A stretch of 61,317 bases of DNA from an uncultured virus (IMG/VR IMGVR_UViG_3300024518_006364) (Duplodnaviria > Heunggongvirae > Uroviricota > Caudoviricetes): the IMG/VR virus record IMGVR_UViG_3300024518_006364; one strand, given 5' to 3'. Shown here in pieces: positions 15,632 through 24,939 of the stretch. The notes beneath the pieces are model-generated. The model saw nothing but the letters and a program-made list of their open reading frames with translations. It searched no databases and had not been told where the DNA came from. Position numbers and translations under genes: made by a program. Positions within the stretch are counted from its first letter, which is position 1; every line of letters starts with the position of its first letter.

Positions 15632-15679
15632 GATCACTTGGGTGTATAATAGAGGTGACATGTTGTTGGAGGCGCCCAG

Positions 15680-16168
15680 ATGGGTCAGAACACGGACAAG
15701 GTGCCCCTTTATGACGTTCTCATGGATCAAATCAAGCAGATCCGTGCTGACGTTAAAGATATCGAGAAAAAAGCTGAATCTCGTGTAAAGGAGGGAGACT
15801 GCCGTGGCCATCGCAAAGACGTCTTCCAAAAAATTCGAGATACCCGTGAATATATCGACAACATTGATGCGGCCCTGGGAGATAGGTTAGAGTCTGTCGA
15901 GGAGGCCCAGAAGGAGGCATCTGCTATGACAAGTGCGCAGGTAGAACTCGCAGTTGAGCAGGGCATCAAAAAGGCCAACGGCCATTCGTACTTTCCCAAG
16001 ACACTCCGTGAAACGTTGCAGTCGATTCTATTCGTGTGCCTGCTGCTGGGGATGGTGTACACAGTCTACGACCACTTTGCTTCAGATCGGGTCGAGCAGA
16101 AACAGCTAGAGAAGATTGTGGAGCGACTGAACCAGGCGGTTCCTGCGGTGCCCGCGCCCACACCATGA
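15680..16168 (+). CDS. Coiled-coil protein with C-terminal transmembrane segment
   Basis: GGAGG RBS; ILFVCLLLGMVY segment. Confidence 0.65.
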   Translation: MGQNTDKVPLYDVLMDQIKQIRADVKDIEKKAESRVKEGDCRGHRKDVFQKIRDTREYIDNIDAALGDRLESVEEAQKEASAMTSAQVELAVEQGIKKANGHSYFPKTLRETLQSILFVCLLLGMVYTVYDHFASDRVEQKQLEKIVERLNQAVPAVPAPTP

Positions 16169-16449
16169 AGACTGCCCAGGTCGCCGCTTCCTTCGCTGAA
16201 CGCCTCTACGCACTCGGGGGAAATGTTTCCCCCCTGCTTTTCTCCCGAATGAGCCCGGCCGCACGGCAGAAGTTCACTTCAGGCTTCCAGCAGTACATGG
16301 AGCAGAAACAGCAGGAGGCCGCCCAGGAGGCGTATCAGGAGAGTATGCACGCCCCCCAGACTGATGAGGAGCTCTTTGAGCGCCTGGTAGAGTTCGCACA
16401 GTCCAACCCGACCCCCGGTCTCGATCTCACCCAAATCGGGAGTCTTTGA
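16165..16449 (+). CDS. Hypothetical protein (starts MKTA, ends LDLTQIG)
   Basis: ATGA overlap with upstream gene. Confidence 0.6.
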   Translation: MKTAQVAASFAERLYALGGNVSPLLFSRMSPAARQKFTSGFQQYMEQKQQEAAQEAYQESMHAPQTDEELFERLVEFAQSNPTPGLDLTQIGSL

Positions 16450-16475
16450 CTCCGCCTCCTGCTCCTCCGTATAAT
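16446..16475 (+). promoter_or_regulatory. Sigma70-like promoter
   Basis: TTGACT-18 nt-TATAAT. Confidence 0.6.
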
Positions 16476-16498
16476 ACATCCGTATTTGGAGGTTTCTC

Positions 16499-16978
16499 AT
16501 GAGCGAGGATCTTCTCAAGACCGCATCCTTTCCGCTCCTCACCGCGGGGCTGACCAAGTGTGCTCAGATCAACCCTGCGATGGCCGCGAGCAAACTTCGG
16601 GGATTGGGTTCGGGCGTTGGGTCCTGGCTTGAGGGAGCAGGGAGCGTTCTCGGGGAGATCCCGGGAGGCATTCGTCGCTTCTTCTCGGCGGACCCGCGCA
16701 TTGCCGATCCCGGACGCTGGGCGGGCATCCAACGGCACATGGGACCTACGAGAGCCCAGGCGTTCTTGGAAGGGGCTCCGATCAAGGGTCTCCTGGCCAA
16801 GGGGCGTTGGTCTCCGGGCGCGCGGAAGGCCGCCAGAGGGATGGGGAGATGGGACGAGTTGCTGCGGCAGCAGCGCATGAATCGTGCCATCGGAACAGGT
16901 GTTGGCGCGGCGGGACTGTATGGCGGCTATAACATGCTGCGTCCGGATCCGACCATCATGGAGAGCCTGGGCTTCTGA
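16499..16978 (+). CDS. Gly-rich putative head cargo protein (LLKTA, LTKCA)
   Basis: GGAGG RBS; C-terminal glycine zipper. Confidence 0.65.
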   Translation: MSEDLLKTASFPLLTAGLTKCAQINPAMAASKLRGLGSGVGSWLEGAGSVLGEIPGGIRRFFSADPRIADPGRWAGIQRHMGPTRAQAFLEGAPIKGLLAKGRWSPGARKAARGMGRWDELLRQQRMNRAIGTGVGAAGLYGGYNMLRPDPTIMESLGF

Positions 16979-17730
16979 TGGCCCACGCCGAAGAGCGCCT
17001 CCAGGAGCGCGCGCCCTCCGTAAACACCAAAGCCTTGGACGCATTGCGAGCGCGTCTTTACGGCGTAAAGCTCCCCTCGGGGGCGGCACACCACGTTCCT
17101 CTTTTCAACGATGCCGGAGTGCTCAAGGGCTACGCAGTGGTGAAGTCTGTGGGGAAGAAAGGGATGCCGATCATCGCGTCGGTTCTTTCTCCCGAAATGT
17201 CCCCTCCTGGGCAGAAACTCGATTTGGAGAAGGCCGCACAAGCATGGGCTAAGGAGATCCCGGGGAGTCTTCTCGAGGGTCTCGGCATTCTGCGCAACAT
17301 CTTGCGAAAGAACCCGGAAGCGTTCAGCATGATGCGCTCCCAATTGCGGTCCCTCTCCCCCAAGGAGCTCATTCGACACTCAGGTCCAGCCGCGGTTCGT
17401 CCGGCGGTGCCTGGTGTGAAAATGGGAGCGCTCGACTTCCCTACGCTCGCTCCGTATGGCGTGGGGGGAGGCATTGCTGGCGGCGTCGGCGGTGCCGCCC
17501 TCGGAGCCGGAGCAGCAGGCCTGGTAGGGTTGCTGAAACGCGACCCGCGACTGGTGGCGGAGTTCTTCAAGAAGTGGGGACCGCGTGCGGCGATGGTGGG
17601 TGGGGGAGCCGGAGTACCTGCGGGGGCTGGCATCGGAGTGTACCGGGGGGCGAGAGCACAGAATCCCGTTGAAACCTGGTTCCTGGAGAACGCATTGCCG
17701 TGGGCTGCGGAGAACGTACCCCCCAGGTAA
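16978..17730 (+). CDS. Glycine-zipper protein (LEKAA, VKMG)
   Basis: TGATG overlap; GxxxG repeats. Confidence 0.65.
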   Translation: MAHAEERLQERAPSVNTKALDALRARLYGVKLPSGAAHHVPLFNDAGVLKGYAVVKSVGKKGMPIIASVLSPEMSPPGQKLDLEKAAQAWAKEIPGSLLEGLGILRNILRKNPEAFSMMRSQLRSLSPKELIRHSGPAAVRPAVPGVKMGALDFPTLAPYGVGGGIAGGVGGAALGAGAAGLVGLLKRDPRLVAEFFKKWGPRAAMVGGGAGVPAGAGIGVYRGARAQNPVETWFLENALPWAAENVPPR

Positions 17731-17829
17731 AAATCCGACCTCTCTTGGTATAAGAGAGTGAACTTCACCGCACTGCTTTGGACCTGTGGCGTAGGCTGCG
17801 GGTCTCTTCTTTTTTGAACGGAGGAAAAC

Positions 17830-18393
17830 GTGTTCTTCATCGACTGTGATGGTGTTCTTGGTGACTGGGTGGGCGCCATTCTTACACGCTGGAACGCAGA
17901 GAGGGGAACCAACTTCAGTGCCGAAGACATCACGGATTTCGACATGACGAAGGTGCTGGGGTCCGACGAGTGGCGCAAGATCTGGACTGACAAGGGCTTC
18001 TGGGCCAACATCAAGCCCTATCCCTGGGCACGAGCGCTCATCAAGGCCCTCCGTAACAGCGGCAGCCCGTGGGCTATTCTGACGTCGCTCCCACTGACGA
18101 AGCTCCACCCCAGCGCCGCGTATGAGCGAGCCTGGTGGGTCGAGAAGAACTTCGGAGCCAACCCAGACGACCATCTTATCATCTGCTCCCGGAAGCACTT
18201 TGTCGTGCATGCTCAGGGAGACATCCTGATCGACGACAAGCCCAAGACGATCTATGAGGTCCACGCGGCTGGTGGGGGTCCCATGACGTTCAAGCAGCCC
18301 TGGAACAAGGAGGTCGAGGAGCACGGTTTCGAGCGCTACACCCCGGAAGACCTGATCGAAATACTCACAGGAGAAAGAGGAGCGACTCTATGA
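17830..18393 (+). CDS. 5'(3')-deoxyribonucleotidase (HAD, NT5C-like)
   Basis: FIDCDGVL, FW..I.PYP, ILTS, ILIDDKP, PWN motifs. Confidence 0.85.
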   Translation: MFFIDCDGVLGDWVGAILTRWNAERGTNFSAEDITDFDMTKVLGSDEWRKIWTDKGFWANIKPYPWARALIKALRNSGSPWAILTSLPLTKLHPSAAYERAWWVEKNFGANPDDHLIICSRKHFVVHAQGDILIDDKPKTIYEVHAAGGGPMTFKQPWNKEVEEHGFERYTPEDLIEILTGERGATL

Positions 18394-18713
18394 CCGACAA
18401 GAAGAAGTCCGAGAAGACCGAGAAGACCGAGAAGAAGCCTGACAAGGTGGCTGAACTGTCCAAGAGCGTCGCAGCGACCAAGGGCAAGTTCCTGCGCCAC
18501 CTCCAGTCCAAGAGCCCCGACGTCACCAAGCTGTGCACCCTGATCGTGCAGCACGAGAATTTCATTGAGGAGTATCACGCGGAAGCCCTCAGTGAAAACG
18601 AGCGGATGCACAACGCAGTCAAGCGTCTCAAGGAGGTTGAGGACCAGAAGCAAGAGCTCCTGCGCGATCTCCAGGGTGACATCCCCGAGACCGGCGACCC
18701 CGTCGAAGATTAG
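18390..18713 (+). CDS. Hypothetical coiled-coil protein
   Basis: GAGGAG RBS, ATGA overlap. Confidence 0.7.
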   Translation: MTDKKKSEKTEKTEKKPDKVAELSKSVAATKGKFLRHLQSKSPDVTKLCTLIVQHENFIEEYHAEALSENERMHNAVKRLKEVEDQKQELLRDLQGDIPETGDPVED

Positions 18714-18766
18714 CCAACCCAGTGCCCCCCGGGCGATAATCGTTTCAACGTAACTATGCAACGGAG

Positions 18767-19351
18767 TTGCAGATGTCGTCGTTCAAACGAGCATGCGTTC
18801 GAGTACTGCTCTTCTTCACCTATGTCCTGGGGATATACTACATCTGGTCTCGAATAGGCCGCGTCCTGTTTGAAATCCACCACACGGGGGAAGCCGACCA
18901 GGAGTTCGAGGCGGAGAAGATTCAAGAGTTCCTGGATACGTGCACGTGGAGGAAGGACCCCTGGTGGCACTTGGGGGACATGATCAGCCGTCCGCGAAAG
19001 TTCGAGGTCACGAAACGGGGAGACTGTGATGAGTTTGCAGTTACCGCGTTGAGCAAGGGACGCCACGGGATCAAGTACAAAGGAAGGCACTATTTCCGAT
19101 TGGGCCTCCTGACCGTGAACTTCACCAAGAAGGGCACCTTTCTTTCGGGGCACAACGTGGCGTTGTTCAGAACTGACCTCCCCGATGGCAGCCGCAGCTA
19201 CATTCATTTGAGCAACTGGGGCATCTACGGTCCCTTTGCCGCCGCGGAAGAAGCGGCGAAGAGTGTCTGGGAGGGAGCACAGGCTGATCCCTGCGGATAC
19301 AGGGTCACAACGTCCAACTTGCGGCAACGGATTTTCCACAAGATCTGGTAA
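18767..19351 (+). CDS. Membrane-anchored transglutaminase-like cysteine protease
   Basis: RGDCDEFA and GHNVA motifs; N-terminal hydrophobic segment. Confidence 0.6.
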   Translation: MQMSSFKRACVRVLLFFTYVLGIYYIWSRIGRVLFEIHHTGEADQEFEAEKIQEFLDTCTWRKDPWWHLGDMISRPRKFEVTKRGDCDEFAVTALSKGRHGIKYKGRHYFRLGLLTVNFTKKGTFLSGHNVALFRTDLPDGSRSYIHLSNWGIYGPFAAAEEAAKSVWEGAQADPCGYRVTTSNLRQRIFHKIW

Positions 19352-19667
19352 AAGGAAACGGAATTCCCCATACGAGTCGCGCGAAGGGCTCACAATGTCG
19401 AAGGGGAGCGACAGAGTACGGAGCTTCGCGCGGCTTCCGGGGTCAGCTCCGTACTCATCTCCTTTCGGGTGGCCTGCCAGCCCCCGCCTGGGTGGCCTCT
19501 CCCCTGGGCTGGCATTTCAAAGAATTCGTCCATTTCGAGGTAGAAGAGCACGTAAATCAGCTGACGTGTGTGTCGGCAGAAACCCTCAGGCTCGGGAGAA
19601 GAGCTTGAACAGCTTACCTGGGGGTTTCCCCAGGAAACTCCCGAGAAAAGAAGGAGGGTTTTTACCC

Positions 19668-20354
19668 ATGGACGGAAAGAAGAAGACCGTTGCGGAGTGG
19701 GCCGTCGAGCTCACGAACGTGTTCGAGACAGGAATCAGCGAGGTCGATCTGCGTGCGCGTCGCGCGGAGAAGCTCGCGAAGGAGGCGATGACGGCGGCAG
19801 AGATCGCCGACGCCAAGTCGATGTTCGCGTTGGCTCTCGCGGCGGTCGGCGTCGCACTGGGCTCCATCGGCACGGCGCTGGCCAGCTGGCCGCTGCTCAA
19901 GCCGGGGAAGCGCCACGTGAAGCGGGCGGTGTCCGAGGTGATCTCGACGCTGTTCCCGGGCGAGGACTGGCGCGAGTACCTGGCCTACGGCGCCAAGGAC
20001 TTCGTCGAGGCTCTCCAGGAGGCCTTCGAGGACATCGAGGAGCCCGTGGTCACCGACCTCATCGAGTTCCTCGACGAGTACGTCGAAGACCTCGGGGATG
20101 ACTGGGGCTCCGAAGAGGTCCAGATGCTGGTCGGGCCACTCAAGCAGGCGCTCGAGTCCTTCGCAACGCTGGTGACGGTGGCGTCCGACGCGGCGTACGA
20201 GGACGGCGACGAGGACACCGACTACGAGTGCCCGCACTGCAAGGAGGACATCGTCTACGTCGAGGGCGCCGAGGTGTGCCCCTACTGCGGAGAGGAGATC
20301 GACTTCCAGCGGACCGTGGCCGAGGTCGAGACGGAAGAGGCCGCGGCGGCGTAG
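19668..20354 (+). CDS. Acidic protein with C-terminal zinc ribbon
   Basis: AGGAGG RBS; CPHC...CPYC. Confidence 0.7.
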   Translation: MDGKKKTVAEWAVELTNVFETGISEVDLRARRAEKLAKEAMTAAEIADAKSMFALALAAVGVALGSIGTALASWPLLKPGKRHVKRAVSEVISTLFPGEDWREYLAYGAKDFVEALQEAFEDIEEPVVTDLIEFLDEYVEDLGDDWGSEEVQMLVGPLKQALESFATLVTVASDAAYEDGDEDTDYECPHCKEDIVYVEGAEVCPYCGEEIDFQRTVAEVETEEAAAA

Positions 20355-20376
20355 CGCCCGGCCGGGAATGTGCAGC

Positions 20377-20428
20377 AGCGGCGTCGGGATCCCCCCCACC
20401 GGGGGCCTCGGCGCCGCTTTTCTTTTTT
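20377..20428 (+). terminator. Rho-independent terminator
   Basis: AGCGGCGTCGG/TCGGCGCCGCT hairpin plus T run. Confidence 0.65.
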
Positions 20429-20445
20429 GAAAAGGAGAGGAGAGT

Positions 20446-20895
20446 ATGTCAAGGAAGCCTCCCCTGCGGGGGTACATTTTGCGCGCGGCGAAAATCATCT
20501 TTCCGATAGGGAAAGCGCCCTACGTCCGTTTCCTCCATGCCGAACCAGAGAAGAACAAGAACAGGGTAATTCTGTATGCCTTTCACGATCCCCGCCTCGT
20601 CTGGCCCGGTTGGACATTCCACACGAACAAAGAAGCCCTGGTGGCGAACAGCTCTCGTTCCCGTCTTACGGTCTTCGTTGATAGTAACTATTGGAGGGCG
20701 TCAGGGATGCAGGATCTGGTCGCGTTGGAGATTGACCAGCGCGACAACCAGGCCGTCTGGGCTACGCCCGTGCATGCCGACCTGGAACTTCTTCGAAGGT
20801 ACTACATAGGATCTCTGGCAGCATTGCACGCAGGAGAAGCTCCGCTTCGGGTGAGGAGAAACTTCCTGGCAGCGTTACGTGAACAGCGGAGATGA
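20446..20895 (+). CDS. Hypothetical protein
   Basis: GAGGAG RBS; 149 aa. Confidence 0.6.
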   Translation: MSRKPPLRGYILRAAKIIFPIGKAPYVRFLHAEPEKNKNRVILYAFHDPRLVWPGWTFHTNKEALVANSSRSRLTVFVDSNYWRASGMQDLVALEIDQRDNQAVWATPVHADLELLRRYYIGSLAALHAGEAPLRVRRNFLAALREQRR

Positions 20896-21035
20896 GGACA
20901 GGCGGACGTATCCTGAAATGGGCTGCGTTCGCTAAAGTCCGCCAATGACAGCCATTTTTTTAGGCGACATTTCCCGCCTTGATTTCATTAGCATTTCTCC
21001 GGCATTATCACTGTCAAGAAAAAGGGAGAGGGTTC

Positions 21036-21467
21036 ATGGCCGTTTTTGGGGAGATGTCCATTCCAGAAATAGGAATTTCCGTCTCGGTCTTGATGTCCTC
21101 CAGCTCCTACGTGAACTACGAAGTCTTCCGCGACGAGGTCAAGAGCATTTTCAATGCCTTGGTCGACGACAACGGGATGACGGGTGAATTTTACCTGGAG
21201 AATTACTGGCCCGCTTCAGATCAACCAAAGTACTGGCCCGATGCGGCAACTGTTGCGACGCCTCCTTACATTCCTCCGATAGAGATTTCATTCTGGGAGC
21301 CGTTGTACAAGGGTGTCATGCACGCCCGCCGTTTCGATTTTCCCGACACAGAAACGTGTCCACTTTGCCTCGGCACAGGAGAGGAACGCTTCTCTCCTGG
21401 GATACAGTGCAGCAATTGCAACGGACGCAGGGTGCAGGTGAAACTTGGGCGCCGTGGGATTGCGTAG
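21036..21467 (+). CDS. Hypothetical protein with DnaJ-like Cys motif
   Basis: CPLCLGTG...CSNCNG; GGGAGAGG RBS. Confidence 0.6.
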   Translation: MAVFGEMSIPEIGISVSVLMSSSSYVNYEVFRDEVKSIFNALVDDNGMTGEFYLENYWPASDQPKYWPDAATVATPPYIPPIEISFWEPLYKGVMHARRFDFPDTETCPLCLGTGEERFSPGIQCSNCNGRRVQVKLGRRGIA

Positions 21468-21476
21468 GAGAGGCAC

Positions 21477-21830
21477 ATGCAGTTCAAAGCCTTCGTGGAC
21501 AAGACACCGGCACAACTCAATCCGCGGACGAGCGCTCCTCGGTGTTTCCTGGTAGCTCCCACCCCACGCGCGAAGAAGAGTGCCAGTTACGACAAGACTG
21601 TTTATCGCGTGGAGTTGGTGGCGCACACACTCATCAGCAGAGTTTTAGGGATCCGTAGGGAGAACGCGGAGGACACCTACGACAGCCCCGACCTCGATGG
21701 TCCTGCCCTCCTGCAACTTCTCCAGGAGGAACCCGAGGACGCCAAGCGAATGCTGGCCAATTACATGATGGCTCTCATGGGAGAGCACGGACTGGCGATC
21801 CTCCTCAAAGAGCGTTGCGAGGCGCTCTAA
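21477..21830 (+). CDS. Hypothetical protein
   Basis: AGGAGAGG RBS; TAATG overlap with next gene. Confidence 0.6.
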   Translation: MQFKAFVDKTPAQLNPRTSAPRCFLVAPTPRAKKSASYDKTVYRVELVAHTLISRVLGIRRENAEDTYDSPDLDGPALLQLLQEEPEDAKRMLANYMMALMGEHGLAILLKERCEAL

Positions 21831-22615
21831 TGCTTGTCGCACGTGACGACGCGGGGGCGGACGTCAAGCACGTCCAGGGACTCGTCCGGGATGTTGCCTA
21901 CAATGAACTCCAGGTCACGGGGCACTTCGGACTCGAGACTGAACTAGCTGTCCTGGCTTTCCAAGCGTGGAACGCTCTCCAGGTAGATGGTGTTGTTGGG
22001 GACGGGACTTACCATGCGCTCCAGTTTCCAAAGGTCAAGGGTTCTCCGGGAAAGCTAATTGACACCAAGTTGGGAGTGCCCTACTTCTCACAGCGTGACA
22101 ACAGGTACAACCCGGGAGGCACTTGCAATGTGACGTGTTTGGCAATGGCGCTTTCCTCGAAGGGGATTGCCCAACGCCGCCCGGAGATGCAGTTCGAGGA
22201 TGAACTCTATCTCTTCCTTCAGTCCCAGGTTGCGGATGCCGCTTTTCAAAAGGTGGCTCCTGCGCTCTACGGCAGGGTGAAACCGCAGCACGTTCACTCC
22301 ATGTTGGCCTGGTGTGCGCAGGAGTACGGTGCCAAGGAATCGCGCCCTGCGGGGCTGAGTCTCGAAGACATTGCAGAATCCGTTGCCGATGGCCCCATTC
22401 TCCTGAGTGGCCGTTTCACAGGTTCGGGACACATCGTCCTGGCGGTCGGATGCAGTGCAAACGGGGACATCCTCATCCACGACCCGTGGGGAGATTGGAA
22501 CCGCGGATACGGGAGTTATCGCAACGGAGAGTTCCGCGTCTACAGGGCCGACGCGCTCCAGGATGTACTCAAGCCCCCGGCCGGACACGAAAAGCATGTG
22601 ACCCTCATCCGTTAA
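21830..22615 (+). CDS. Peptidoglycan-binding plus peptidase C39-like protein (endolysin candidate)
   Basis: DVKHVQ..TGHFG.ETE.AV.AFQ...L.VDGVVG PG-binding motif; VPYFSQRDN, CNVTCLAM, GHIV, HDPWG. Confidence 0.8.
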   Translation: MLVARDDAGADVKHVQGLVRDVAYNELQVTGHFGLETELAVLAFQAWNALQVDGVVGDGTYHALQFPKVKGSPGKLIDTKLGVPYFSQRDNRYNPGGTCNVTCLAMALSSKGIAQRRPEMQFEDELYLFLQSQVADAAFQKVAPALYGRVKPQHVHSMLAWCAQEYGAKESRPAGLSLEDIAESVADGPILLSGRFTGSGHIVLAVGCSANGDILIHDPWGDWNRGYGSYRNGEFRVYRADALQDVLKPPAGHEKHVTLIR

Positions 22616-22647
22616 CTCGGTAGAATAGCCGGGAACGGAGGTACGAT

Positions 22648-23097
22648 ATGACACAGCTTCTCATGGTCGGCAGTTCGCCCATTACGATGCAGCAGCGGAT
22701 CAGTGCGGGCAACGACTTCGACGGGGATGTTCCCGGAGGAGGAAGTCCCCTGACTCCGACTCTTGAGCCTGGCTGGATCAAGTACGCAGCGGCTGATGAG
22801 GGAGGCAAGTTCCTCTTCGGGCAGGACAAGCCCCAGGTTCTTCGCATCCTTCAGCTCTGGATCAAGTTTGGGGGGCAGACTGCGTGGTCGCTGTCTGTCG
22901 TGAATGGGACAGACGAGGTCGTGGCATTTTCGGGCACAACGGAGACAGAGCTCTTCGTGTTCGGAGAACAAGCGGCCTTGATCATTCCTCCCGGATGGTT
23001 CCTGAAGCTCGTGACCTCAGGTGCGTCCACGGCGATGTTTGCGAATGTCACAGCGGTGGGGCACGGTGCGGATGAAGCGGCGGACGGACTGGTATAA
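22648..23097 (+). CDS. Hypothetical beta-rich (virion-like) protein
   Basis: GGAGG RBS; upstream TAGAAT. Confidence 0.6.
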   Translation: MTQLLMVGSSPITMQQRISAGNDFDGDVPGGGSPLTPTLEPGWIKYAAADEGGKFLFGQDKPQVLRILQLWIKFGGQTAWSLSVVNGTDEVVAFSGTTETELFVFGEQAALIIPPGWFLKLVTSGASTAMFANVTAVGHGADEAADGLV

Positions 23098-23189
23098 CCT
23101 GGGGCGTGGCGCTCCCTCGGCGCGCTTCGGGCGCGGAGGGCGTGTGCTCTCCCCGCCACGTCCTCCGCACTTTCTAAAGGGGAAGTCGA

Positions 23190-23414
23190 ATGCCTAGACT
23201 GACCGACTACGAGTGCAAGAACAAGAAGTGCCGGACCAAGTTCTTCGAAGCCATCAAGGGTGACACAGAAGACCGTTCGACCGAGCCCTGTCCGAAGTGC
23301 GGAAAGCACTGCAACAGGGTGCACAACCAGAGCGTCCAAACCCGGGTCGGCCTCAAGGCCAAAGCTGCCAACGTCAATTCGCGTTTCCAAGATGGTAGCT
23401 ACGGCTGCGGCTGA
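23190..23414 (+). CDS. FmdB-like zinc-ribbon protein
   Basis: MP...DYEC...C...FE...CPKCG. Confidence 0.7.
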   Translation: MPRLTDYECKNKKCRTKFFEAIKGDTEDRSTEPCPKCGKHCNRVHNQSVQTRVGLKAKAANVNSRFQDGSYGCG

Positions 23415-23446
23415 CCCTCCACCCGTATAAAACCAAGGAGCAAACC

Positions 23447-23851
23447 ATGAGCTACCAGATGGTAGATCCGCAGAAGTATGTGTTGCTAGCACGCTGGCAA
23501 TTCATTCTCTTACTGTTTGCGGTATTCGCCGTAGGCCTCCTCGCAGGCGGCGTTACGATTTTCAAGATCTACCGCAAACCAGCCATCCAGCAGATCAATG
23601 CGTGCCAGGAGAAACTCGATAAGGCCGAACGTCTGGCCAAGAATGCGCAGAAGATGGCCTACGGTGCGTTGAAGGACAACCTGTCAATCGTGAGCAGGGC
23701 TGATCATGTAGCACGCGAGACGATGTTCCATTCCGAACAGCTCTTTCGTCGCAGGCATTTGTCACGGAAGACCCGTTCCCTTTGGGCCGATGCTTTCTTT
23801 GCAGAGGCTCTGGAGCGTGGGATTGGTGGAGACCCCGAACTGGGAGACTGA
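23447..23851 (+). CDS. Membrane-anchored coiled-coil protein (spanin-like candidate)
   Basis: AAGGAG RBS; N-terminal TM then heptads; near endolysin candidate. Confidence 0.55.
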   Translation: MSYQMVDPQKYVLLARWQFILLLFAVFAVGLLAGGVTIFKIYRKPAIQQINACQEKLDKAERLAKNAQKMAYGALKDNLSIVSRADHVARETMFHSEQLFRRRHLSRKTRSLWADAFFAEALERGIGGDPELGD

Positions 23852-23875
23852 TTTACGAGGTAAAGGGGAGAGGGG

Positions 23876-24793
23876 TTACTGCGCGAAGACCTTGTACTTT
23901 TGGCCGACGGGTGCGGTGGCCTTCACGGCGGTCGCGTCGTGCGTTCCCTCGGCCACGTCGTCGTTGAGAGATGCCGTCGCGACGTACTTCACACCGGTCG
24001 GGGCGGTGATCTTCAGGTCGGTGTCGTCGTGGGCGCCCTGAGCCAGGTCCGGAGTGCCGAACTTGATCGCGATCACGTAGTACTTCCGGGCCGCGTCGGT
24101 CGTGGGGTACACGTTGGTGTCGTCGGCAGGCGTTGTCTCGACGAGATCGAACGCGTTGCCGTCACCCTCGGAGATCTGGAGGAACACCAGATCCGGGATG
24201 ACGCCGAGGCCATGCGCGATGGTCTGCTCGGATCCGGTGCCGGTCTGCTCGGGCGACTTGAAGACCGCGGTCGGGGGGATCTCGGACATCATCGCGGTGA
24301 CGTTGTCCGGGGTCGCGCCCAGCCCGTGGGCCACGTCCTGCTCGGTGCCGTCGCCGGTCTGCTCGGTTGAGACGAATGGGGGCGCCGTCTCCGTGGTCAC
24401 GATCAGGACCTTGTCCGGCACGCGGCCCAGCCCGTGGGCCACGTCCTGCTCGGTGCCGTCGCCGGTCTGCTCGGTCGACACAAAAGAGGCGCCCGAGACG
24501 AACTGCTCCGTCTCGAGGTACGCCTTCAGGGCGTCCAGGTCAGCGATGTTGACCTCGCCCGCGCCCGCGCCCGACTCGACCAGGGTGATCGCGCCCACCT
24601 CGAGCGTGATGTCGCCCTCGTCGCGGGCCGTCAGAAGGCCCTCCATGACGGTGTCGCCGTCGTCCAGTGTGAGCAGATCGTTGGCGTCGTAGTCGTAGAG
24701 ATCTCCGATCTCGTTGAACTCGACAGAATCGCCCCCCAATTTGGGGAGAAGCTGCTTCTGGTCCTTGGTCGAGGTTGCTCTCAGGTCTGCCAT
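23876..24793 (-). CDS. Virion structural protein with nested repeats
   Basis: Three SxEQTGxGxEQxxAHGLG modules followed by three xDxTxxxxT..KY modules. Confidence 0.75.
   Translation of the reverse strand: MADLRATSTKDQKQLLPKLGGDSVEFNEIGDLYDYDANDLLTLDDGDTVMEGLLTARDEGDITLEVGAITLVESGAGAGEVNIADLDALKAYLETEQFVSGASFVSTEQTGDGTEQDVAHGLGRVPDKVLIVTTETAPPFVSTEQTGDGTEQDVAHGLGATPDNVTAMMSEIPPTAVFKSPEQTGTGSEQTIAHGLGVIPDLVFLQISEGDGNAFDLVETTPADDTNVYPTTDAARKYYVIAIKFGTPDLAQGAHDDTDLKITAPTGVKYVATASLNDDVAEGTHDATAVKATAPVGQKYKVFAQ
24317..24475. repeat. 51-bp direct repeat (24317-24367 and 24425-24475)
   Basis: Identical GCCCAGCCCGTGGGCCACGTCCTGCTCGGTGCCGTCGCCGGTCTGCTCGGT. Confidence 0.9.
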
Positions 24794-24939
24794 TTTCTTT
24801 CCTCCTCCAGGAGAGGTTGTGTTCAAATCGTCTCCAGGTTACCCAAAAGGCTCTGGAGACGCTACTTTTTAGGTCCCTTTCTTTTTGATACCACAGACCA
24901 TACCGAGTATCATTAGGACGCTGATCCGAGGAGGACAGG

